From: Candidatus Kapaibacterium sp.
GTDB taxonomy: Bacteria > Bacteroidota > Ignavibacteria > Kapaibacteriales > UBA2268
Direction of reading: 5' to 3'
Length of the DNA stretch: 64,000 nt
Assembly: GCA_963665665.1 (NCBI GenBank)
Contig: OY762428.1
Span: 4,704,001-4,768,000, forward strand
The notes below the pieces were generated by a model. The model made no database searches and had not been told where the DNA came from. It was given only the letters and a program-made list of their open reading frames with translations. The position numbers and the translations under genes were made by a program. Positions 50,678 through 58,598 of the stretch are shown one piece after another. The number at the start of each line of letters is the position of its first letter. Positions within the stretch are counted from its first letter, which is position 1.

Positions 50678-51495
50678 CTTCCCGAGCGTTCCCTCGTGCC
50701 TGCCGAGCATTCCCTCGTGCTTCCCGAGCGTTCCCTCATGCCTGCCGAGCGTTCCCTCATGCCTGCCGAGCGTTCCCTCGTGCTTCCCGAGCGTTCCCTC
50801 ATGCCTGCCGAGCGTTCCCTCATGCCTGCCGAGCGTTCCCTCGTGCTTCCCGAGCATTCCCCCGTGCCTGCCGAGCATTCCCTCATGCCTGCCGAGCGTT
50901 ACCCCGAGCTTCCCGAGCGTTCCCTCGAGCTTTCCGAGCATTACCCCGAGCCTGATTATCGCAGATATATGTCATGTTAGCGTTGGGATGTGCCGTCTTA
51001 GCGTTGGTTTGTGCCATCATAGCCTTGGTGCGTGTCATCATAGCCTTGGTGCGTGCCGTCTTAGCCTTGGTGCGTGTCATCATAGCCTTGGTGCGTGTCA
51101 TCATAGCCTTGGTGCGTGTCATCATAGCCTTGGTGCGTGTCATCATAGCCTTGGTGCGTGCCGTCTTAGCCTTGGTGCATGTCATCTTAGCGTTGGGATG
51201 TGCCGTATTAGCGTTGGTTCATGCCGTCTTAGCCTTGGTTTGTGCTTTCAAAAACACTTTTTCAGGTAAAATTTTACTCAGAAAACACAGAGTTTCACTT
51301 TTTTGATATAGAATTTCGTTCTATTGGTCCGTTCGGTCCCTATATTCAATCAATGCTTCGATCCGATAATGCCTCTGTTTGCTTTTACCGTGTGATTATT
51401 TCATTTATAAATATTGGAGTTTGCTATGCCCGGCAATGTTGAGAATCCATCAGCACATAATTTCCGTTGGATAGGGGAGGAAATGCATCAGGCGC
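50678..51495 (-). repeat. Bipartite 21-bp tandem-array element, copy 2 (inverted): flank, 13 A units, linker, 13 B units
   Basis: B units 50678-50950, linker CCTGATTATCGCAGATATATG 50951-50971, A units 50972-51244, flank 51245-51495 homologous to 31572-31822. Confidence 0.9.
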
Positions 51496-51730
51496 TTTGC
51501 CGTGACAGTATTATCATTTCGTTGATACTCAGCAAATATGATATTATTATACATATCTGAAAAAATTATCCTTAATGTATCAAAAAATGAAATCAATTAA
51601 GCATGATGCTTCAAAAACAATATATTGAAATGTATAATTTTCTTAAATTTGATAAACCTTTTTCAATTTTTTTAAATTGAAGAGTCGTGATTTTTGAAAA
51701 ATATAAGTAAAATAAATTAGCAGAATTAAA

Positions 51731-52759
51731 ATGATTGATCTTAGAAGCGATACCTTTACCGTACCTACAGAGGAAATGAGACAGGCAATGGCAAATGCTG
51801 CCGTCGGCGATGATGTTTTTGGCGAAGACCCGACAGTGAATGAATTGCAGGACTATACAGCGAGGCTCCTTGGCAAAGAAGCCGGACTTTATGTTGCTTC
51901 CGGAGTGATGGGAAACCAGATAGCCCTGGCGGTTCATACCGAAGCCGGAGACGAAGTGATTATCGAGGAAGAAGCGCATATATTCTATTACGAGGCCGCG
52001 TCGCCCTCAATAATATCTCGTGTGCAGTTAAGAACGCTGCCTTCGGATAATGGAGTTATTCCCCTGGAAAAGATTGAAGCTGCTATTCGTCCTGATGACC
52101 TGCATTTCCCGAAAACCCAGCTTATATGCCTTGAAAATACACACAACAGGCACGGAGGAACAATTCTGCCTCTTGATTATTTAAAGGAAGTACGCATGCT
52201 GGCAGACAAACACGGCCTGGGGCTGCACTGCGACGGGGCCAGAATGTGGAATGCCTGCGCAGCGGCAAATATCAGCCCTGAGGAATTTGCCAGCCCCTTC
52301 GATACTCTTTCGGTGTGCCTTTCCAAGGGGCTGGGGGCGCCTGTCGGTTCAGTTATCGTAGGCAGCAGGGAGCAAATTGACAAAGCCCGCAAATGGCGCA
52401 AGAGGCTTGGCGGTGGAATGAGGCAGGCCGGAATTATTGCTGCCGGTGGCCTGTATGCCCTGAAAAATAACTTCACGCTGCTTCAGGGAACCCACGAAAC
52501 AGCGAAGGATTTTGCCGAAATAGTAAATGAATCGAAGAATATTGATATTTCCCGCGATGATGTGCATACCAATATCGTTATTTTCCGTATAGATAACAAA
52601 ATTGATGCCGCCGAACTTGAATCTAAACTACGGGACAGGGGAGTGCTCGTTATTCCTTTCGGGCCGGATAAAATCAGGGCTGTATTCCACTTCCAGACAA
52701 GCCGCGAGGATGCCCTTCGGGCAGCAAAAATAATCAGGGATACCGCCTGTGAATGGTAG
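51731..52759 (+). CDS. ltaE: Low-specificity L-threonine aldolase
   Basis: [51 protein letters not shown]. Confidence 0.93.
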   Translation: MIDLRSDTFTVPTEEMRQAMANAAVGDDVFGEDPTVNELQDYTARLLGKEAGLYVASGVMGNQIALAVHTEAGDEVIIEEEAHIFYYEAASPSIISRVQLRTLPSDNGVIPLEKIEAAIRPDDLHFPKTQLICLENTHNRHGGTILPLDYLKEVRMLADKHGLGLHCDGARMWNACAAANISPEEFASPFDTLSVCLSKGLGAPVGSVIVGSREQIDKARKWRKRLGGGMRQAGIIAAGGLYALKNNFTLLQGTHETAKDFAEIVNESKNIDISRDDVHTNIVIFRIDNKIDAAELESKLRDRGVLVIPFGPDKIRAVFHFQTSREDALRAAKIIRDTACEW

Positions 52760-52788
52760 ATAGTTTGATAACCGGAATAAAATGATTA

Positions 52789-52816
52789 TCATTCCCAATT
52801 TCCACCTGGTAATGAG
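52789..52816. repeat. REP-like palindrome, upstream copy
   Basis: TCATTCCCAATTTCCACCTGGTAATGAG, 25/28 identical to 53600-53627. Confidence 0.6.
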
Positions 52817-52962
52817 TATTAGAACAAAGTTTCAGTTTGAAATCCAAAGCATTGCTTTATTTGATAATATAATTGGAAAGGCTATTTTGGTATAAGTTGA
52901 AAACTATTTTTTTATATTTGTGGAATGATAATCGTTAATAACTGAATAATTGGAGAAGGGGA

Positions 52963-53517
52963 ATGCCATATTTTGCAAGATTAAAAGAAGAATTGAAAGA
53001 CAATAGGTTCAGAAGAGAATGTAGTCCCGAAGAATTAAAAAAACTTGAAGAAACCTTAAATCTTAAACTTCCGGAATCCTATAGGGAATATATGCTGTTC
53101 TGTGGAAATTCGAGACCTTGGTTTTTTAGCCAGTATATAACAAATCTTTGTGGATATTATGATAATTTTTTAGAGATGAGAACCTTGTGCCAGGAAGCCA
53201 TGGATGAAAGTTATCCGGGGAAGTTTATATTGCCTGCCAATGCCCTTGTTTTTCAGGAATGGCAAGGTTATAAATATTATTTTTTTCTGGATAATGAAGG
53301 TGATGATCCCCCTGTTTATTTGTTTTATGCAAAATGTTGGAATGATAAGAATGATTTTAAAAAAGGTAGTGAGGAATACATATTAGCAAGAGACCAGGAA
53401 AACGGAATAATATCCAAATGCAACGATAGCTTTTCGGAATACATTAACTTTAAACTTGATAAAGCAATAAAAGATGATAGCTTTAAAAGTCATGATTATG
53501 AATATAGAGATAGATAG
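52963..53517 (+). CDS. SMI1/KNR4 (SUKH) family protein
   Basis: CSPEELKKLEETLNLKLPESYREYM..G, QGYKYYF..GDDPPVY, SFSEYI. Confidence 0.85.
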   Translation: MPYFARLKEELKDNRFRRECSPEELKKLEETLNLKLPESYREYMLFCGNSRPWFFSQYITNLCGYYDNFLEMRTLCQEAMDESYPGKFILPANALVFQEWQGYKYYFFLDNEGDDPPVYLFYAKCWNDKNDFKKGSEEYILARDQENGIISKCNDSFSEYINFKLDKAIKDDSFKSHDYEYRDR

Positions 53518-53599
53518 AATTGGGACATTTAAAAGATATACTTTGGTGTTATTTCAATTATTTTCATTTCTAACCAAACAAAATCCGGAGTGTTTTCCC

Positions 53600-53758
53600 T
53601 CATTCCCAAATTCCACCTGGGAATGGGATTATTTCCTGAAAAGTTCTACTTTGGAATTATGGAGCTTAGCTTCAAAAGAAAACTGCATTACGAAGTACAA
53701 CTTCGTAATGAGGGGGAATGTATGAAGAATGGATACTTCGCTTCGCTCAGTATGACAA
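53600..53758. repeat. Cluster of REP-like palindromes
   Basis: CATTCCCA..TGGGAATG, CATTACGAAG/CTTCGTAATG perfect arms, and a GATACTTCGCTTCGCTCAGTATGAC half-element. Confidence 0.6.
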
Positions 53759-53785
53759 TACACCCAGAGCATCGCAAAATTCAAT

Positions 53786-53823
53786 AGCAAGGTGCTCTAT
53801 CTCGTGGATAATAGCACCTTGTT
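53786..53823. terminator. Hairpin between convergent SMI1/KNR4 gene and aspS
   Basis: CAAGGTGCT...AGCACCTTG inverted repeat. Confidence 0.55.
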
Positions 53824-53886
53824 TTACTTCAAAGCCCTTCCTTCGGGGAATTATTTGGAATAATCAATAACAGCTAATTTATGAAT

Positions 53887-55665
53887 CTACTCTTCTTCTT
53901 TTTTTATCAAAGCTATGGATAGTTCTTCAAGTTGCTTTGTATCAACATAAGAAGGGCATCCGTCCATAAGCGACAGCCCGCTGGTTGTTTTCGGGAAAGC
54001 AATAACGTCGCGGATATTGTCGATACCTGAAAGTATCATAACCAGCCTGTCCAGTCCGAGAGCTAATCCTCCGTGTGGCGGAGCGCCGTATTGCAGAGCG
54101 TTCAGCAGGAATCCGAATTTATCTTCTGCCTCTTCCTTACTCATACCGAGAAGCGAGAACATTTTTTCCTGAATTTCATTGTCATGTATCCTGATAGAAC
54201 CGCCACCTACTTCGGCGCCGTTTATTACCAGGTCGTATGCATTTGCCCTGACCTTTTCCGGTTCATTTTCCATCAGTTCAATATCATCTGTTTTTGGCAT
54301 TGTAAAGGGGTGATGCATAGCAATATATCGTTCTGATTCCTCATCGTATTCAAGCAGGGGGAAGTCAACTACCCAGCTGAATGAGAAATCTGATTTAATC
54401 TTGTCCATGATTCCTGTCTGCCTGGCGATTTCAAGCCTTAAAGCGCCAAGAATGGTATAGGTTCTTGTCCAGGAGTCGGAGGAAATAAGAATAAGGTCGC
54501 CGTCAACAGCTTCGGCAGCTGTGATAATTGAATTCAGTTCATCATCACTAAGGAATTTTGCTATGGGGGAGTTTACTTTTCCATCAACGAGTTTTATCCA
54601 TGCCAGGCCTTTCGCGCCGTATTTTTTTGCAAATTCGGTAAGTCCGTCAATCTGTTTTCTGGAGTATCCTGCGCAACCTTTAGCATTTATCAGGGCAACT
54701 TCTCCATTAGATTCAATCGCTCCGGAAAATACTTTAAATCCGCAGGATTTCAGGTTCTCGCTTACTGTTTTAATTTCCATTCCGAAACGCAGGTCAGGTT
54801 TGTCGCTGCCAAACCTTGTCATTGCTTCATTATATGTCATTCTTTTGAAAGGTGCATCGATATCAATATCAAGAATTTCTTTCCAAAGCTCCTTAATAAA
54901 TCCTTCTAATAATGAAATAATATCTTCCCTGTCTGCGAAAGACATTTCAAGGTCAACCTGGGTAAATTCAGGCTGACGGTCTGACCTGAGGTCCTCATCA
55001 CGGAAGCATTTCACAATCTGCATATACCTGTCGAATCCGGAAACCATGAGCAGCTGTTTATATACCTGCGGAGATTGCGGCAGGGCATAGAACCTGTTTT
55101 TGTTTATTCTTGACGGAACCAAAAAATCCCTGGCGCCTTCCGGTGTGGATTTCATCAGAACGGGAGTTTCTATTTCTATGAAATTATTTTCGGCAAAATA
55201 TCTATGAACAACCTGGTACATTTTGTTCCGGATGATGAAATTTTTCTGAATAACCGGGCGGCGAAGATCAATAAACCTGTATTTAAGCCTGGTTTCTTCA
55301 TTTGTTTCAATGTCATCTTCAACTTCAAAGGGGGGAAGCTTTGCTTTATTTATCACACCAAAATCAGAAATTTCAACTTCAATAAGTCCGGTTGGCATGT
55401 TCGGATTGGGGCTTTCTCTTTTCATTACGATACCTTTAGCCCAGATAACGAATTCCTGCCTTATATCCTTTGCTTTATCTGCAAGGTCAGCTCTTTTTTC
55501 CGGGTGAATAACAAGCTGTGTAAGGCCATACCTGTCTCTCAGATCAAAAAATATTAATCCGCCAAGGTCACGCCTTGAATCTATCCATCCATTCAGAATT
55601 ACTTCTTTACCTTCGTCTTCAATTCTTAATTCGCCACAAGTAATGTTTCTCTTTTCAAAACTCAT
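53887..55665 (-). CDS. aspS: Aspartate--tRNA ligase
   Basis: RRDLGG, TPEGARDF, YALPQSPQ, CFRDED.R.DRQPEF, HHPFT, GGGSIRIH, GAPPHGG, IAFPK. Confidence 0.97.
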   Translation of the reverse strand: MSFEKRNITCGELRIEDEGKEVILNGWIDSRRDLGGLIFFDLRDRYGLTQLVIHPEKRADLADKAKDIRQEFVIWAKGIVMKRESPNPNMPTGLIEVEISDFGVINKAKLPPFEVEDDIETNEETRLKYRFIDLRRPVIQKNFIIRNKMYQVVHRYFAENNFIEIETPVLMKSTPEGARDFLVPSRINKNRFYALPQSPQVYKQLLMVSGFDRYMQIVKCFRDEDLRSDRQPEFTQVDLEMSFADREDIISLLEGFIKELWKEILDIDIDAPFKRMTYNEAMTRFGSDKPDLRFGMEIKTVSENLKSCGFKVFSGAIESNGEVALINAKGCAGYSRKQIDGLTEFAKKYGAKGLAWIKLVDGKVNSPIAKFLSDDELNSIITAAEAVDGDLILISSDSWTRTYTILGALRLEIARQTGIMDKIKSDFSFSWVVDFPLLEYDEESERYIAMHHPFTMPKTDDIELMENEPEKVRANAYDLVINGAEVGGGSIRIHDNEIQEKMFSLLGMSKEEAEDKFGFLLNALQYGAPPHGGLALGLDRLVMILSGIDNIRDVIAFPKTTSGLSLMDGCPSYVDTKQLEELSIALIKKEEE

Positions 55666-55750
55666 TAAAAAACTCCGTTGATAAATTGTTTATTACTTTT
55701 ATACAAAAGTAACACTTTATTATTTTAAAAAGGATATTTTGAAATAAAAA

Positions 55751-55772
55751 AAACCATCCCGGAGGATGGTTT
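55751..55772 (-). terminator. Intrinsic terminator
   Basis: AAACCATCC-CGGA-GGATGGTTT hairpin with an A-tract on its left (U-tract on the minus strand). Confidence 0.7.
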
Positions 55773-55796
55773 GATATAAATATTCTGATCAAACAA

Positions 55797-56186
55797 TTAA
55801 TCGGGATCTTTACCTGATACAATCCAGTCTTCACCGTCCTTTTGCCAATTAGCGTTTGATGAAGCGTCTATGTATCTTTCCCAATTATAAATTCCTGTTT
55901 CTTTGGCAATTCTCTTGAACTGCATAGTAGTAATTTTATCATTAAGTATAACAACAGATCTTTGCATTCCCTTTTCTTTATATAACTTCTGACCTTCCTG
56001 CATATAGTGCTGTGAATCCGGCGGTAATGGCTTTAAATTCCGCATATCAACGAAAACTCCAAAATTGCCTGATTGGCCGGTTAGTGTTGCTTTCGATTCT
56101 TCAACCCACTTCTGCATTTCTGCCGGTTCAATAAAACCGCCCAATTCCAGGTGGTAGCCAAATGGTTTCTTTGTGATTTTATACAT
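55797..56186 (-). CDS. Hypothetical protein, possibly STAS/SpoIIAA-like
   Basis: 129-aa ORF followed by a terminator; FGVFVDMRNLKP...GMQRSVVIL pattern. Confidence 0.65.
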   Translation of the reverse strand: MYKITKKPFGYHLELGGFIEPAEMQKWVEESKATLTGQSGNFGVFVDMRNLKPLPPDSQHYMQEGQKLYKEKGMQRSVVILNDKITTMQFKRIAKETGIYNWERYIDASSNANWQKDGEDWIVSGKDPD

Positions 56187-56622
56187 ATTAACACCTGTAA
56201 GTTATAAGAAGTATCTTCAGTAATTTCTTCTAATAAATAAATAACACGTTCATAATTATAATATATTGTATTTATTAGATTTGTATAAATATCTACGCTA
56301 TTAAAATAATTATTTGGAATGTGTTTTAATACAATATTCAGCTTTTACTGTCCTTGCAACACTGATCCAATGGAAGGGCTATGAAATGCTCCCTATTGCT
56401 TAGACAAATAAAAGTATAGTTTATGGTGTTTATTAATCTATACTTCTTCTCTAATAAAATAAGAAAAAAATATGTAATAATATTAATTTTTCTTTTTTTT
56501 GCTACTTTTTTTTCTTTTTGTTAACAACCTGGAAATTGTGGATAACTTTCATTCTCCTTTCTATTTCTTTTTTTTATCAATTGCTTACCGGATTGCATTT
56601 TTTCACTTTTCCAACAAAGTTT

Positions 56623-57468
56623 TCAATTAACGAACCGCTGTTCGTTCATATATTTTTCAGCCGGAATCTGGTATTCAATTCCTGCGTGCGGCCTCGTGTT
56701 GTTATACCAATCGACATAAGCCTTTATACCGCCATAGAGATCTTTTCCGTCTTCGTAAGACTTCAGATACAGGTCTTCGTATTTAAAGCTCCGCCAGAAG
56801 CGTTCTATGTAAACATTGTCCAAGGCGCGGCCCTTGCCGTCCATGCTTACCTTTACATCAGCATCCAGAATCGTTTTCACAAAATCATTGCTCGTGAACT
56901 GACTGCCCTGATCCGTGTTTGTTATTTCCGGTTTCCTGGTTTTCAAAGACCTTTTTATTGTATCTATGCAGAACCCCTTCTCAAGGTTGTTCGATAATTC
57001 CCAGTCAACGATGTATCTGCTATAAACATCTATAATTGCTATAAGATACATAAATCCTTTACGCATCGGAATATATGTTATATCCAGGCTCCAAACCTGA
57101 TCCGGACGACTTATTTTCATATCCCTCAACAGGTATGGATAAATTTTGTGCTCCTTGTTCGGCTTGCTCGTGTCCGGTTGGGGATATATTGCCCGAAGTC
57201 CCAATAATTTCATTAATCGCCTGATTCGTTTATAGTTAACATGGTATCCCAAAGAACGTAAGTGTGCTGTCATTTTTCTGGCTCCATAAAATGGAGTAAT
57301 CGCGAATTGTTCTTTGATCAGCTTCATATATAGAATATTTGCTTCACTTTCACCCTTGGGTTTGTAATAATAACAGCTCCTGCTAATACCCAAAAGCTCG
57401 CACTGCCGGCTTATGCTAATTTCTTTATTATCAGCATCTACCATCTTCCTGCGTTCTTCTTTACTCAC
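56623..57468 (-). CDS. IS3 transposase OrfB (DDE integrase core)
   Basis: WSLDITY, TDQGSQF, DNVYIERFWRSFKYE, YNNTRPH. Confidence 0.93.
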   Translation of the reverse strand: MSKEERRKMVDADNKEISISRQCELLGISRSCYYYKPKGESEANILYMKLIKEQFAITPFYGARKMTAHLRSLGYHVNYKRIRRLMKLLGLRAIYPQPDTSKPNKEHKIYPYLLRDMKISRPDQVWSLDITYIPMRKGFMYLIAIIDVYSRYIVDWELSNNLEKGFCIDTIKRSLKTRKPEITNTDQGSQFTSNDFVKTILDADVKVSMDGKGRALDNVYIERFWRSFKYEDLYLKSYEDGKDLYGGIKAYVDWYNNTRPHAGIEYQIPAEKYMNEQRFVN

Positions 57469-57748
57469 GGCCCAATTTTTTTTTTAACCAGTCTAATTCA
57501 ATTTTTAGCCGGCCTATTTCTTCATATAATACTGATTCGTCTTTTTCTTTTTTATTCTTCCCTGGCCCACGCTTGTTTTCAAATACTTCCTTTTCACTTT
57601 CTTTTAAATGCTTTTTCCACATGCTTATCTGGTTTGGATGAACCCCGTACTCCGATGCCAGCTCGGTTATTGTTTTTCTCTCTTGGACTGCCTCCAGGGC
57701 TACCTGCATTTTGAATTTTGAACTGTAATTTCTTCGTTTGTTTGCCAT
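57461..57748 (-). CDS. IS3 transposase OrfA (HTH)
   Basis: RRNYSSKFKMQVALE, ELASEYGVHPNQISMWKK, LYEEIGRLKIELDWLKKK. Confidence 0.92.
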   Translation of the reverse strand: MANKRRNYSSKFKMQVALEAVQERKTITELASEYGVHPNQISMWKKHLKESEKEVFENKRGPGKNKKEKDESVLYEEIGRLKIELDWLKKKLGRE

Positions 57749-58053
57749 TTGATGCTCCTTTTGATTTTTTGCAAGTTAAGAATATCTTATCTTAATTCGC
57801 TGTTATTTTTGAAGGAAGCCGCTCACTAAGTTGTAACGGTTTATTATCCGGACAGAATTATACTACTTATAAATTCCGGATATGCATTCAACTTGAATTT
57901 TTCGTAATAATTGAGTGAAATTGATAATAAATATTGATCTTTTGTAATATTACTAATTGTTTTAAATCTGCTAACATCTTACAGAATATGTGTTTAAAAT
58001 TGGCATGTTAATTGATAATAAATATTGAAAAAATAATTATCACGAGGTGATTT

Positions 58054-58524
58054 ATGGAAACTAAAATAAGAAAACATCATTATACTTTCGCACACATGGT
58101 GCTGAATAAGTATGCTTTCAAAGATCCTGAAAGTTTGTATGGCATTATCGATTCTGATGACGGTAATGATTTTCTGAAAAAACTTTGGGCTGAAACAGGA
58201 GAATTGATAAGCAAAGAAGATAATGTTCTGCCTGATTCAGGTTTGAATCTGGAAATTAATAAAATCAATGATGACCTGGATGCCGCAATAATCAGAATGC
58301 CTGAAGCTGTGAACGCTACCGAAGCAGGTTTTATTGCTTTGGTGCCGTACAAAGATCAGGGTATCAGGAAATTCAAATATTATGTCCTGGAATATATAAA
58401 TAAAAATATAGCCAGTATCTGTGAATGGACACAGGATGATAAGTATCTGAAAATAATAGAGACAACTGAAAATAATCTGGAAACATTCGTCTCAAAATTA
58501 AACGATATAATCATTATCGAGTAA
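58054..58524 (+). CDS. Hypothetical protein
   Basis: 156-aa ORF with GAGGTG RBS. Confidence 0.65.
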   Translation: METKIRKHHYTFAHMVLNKYAFKDPESLYGIIDSDDGNDFLKKLWAETGELISKEDNVLPDSGLNLEINKINDDLDAAIIRMPEAVNATEAGFIALVPYKDQGIRKFKYYVLEYINKNIASICEWTQDDKYLKIIETTENNLETFVSKLNDIIIIE

Positions 58525-58598
58525 AAGATATTGGTTTTGAATTGAATATTTTCTATAATTGTACCAAAGTTATAAGATTGGTACAATTATAAAGTGTA

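Larger units (their letters stand above)
56382..57825 (-). mobile_element. IS3-family insertion sequence (1444 bp)
   Basis: Ends TGAAATGCTCCCT.. and ..AGGAAGCCGCTCA (5'-TG...CA-3', imperfect IRs 12/25); CTA duplicated at 56379-56381 and 57826-57828; orfA and orfB inside. Confidence 0.88.

Noticed and set aside
31572-51495. The two inverted array elements as ends of a 20-kb invertible segment or composite transposon
   Set aside because: The copies are diverged, enclose mostly housekeeping genes and have no dedicated invertase or transposase; inversion by homologous recombination cannot be tested from one sequence.
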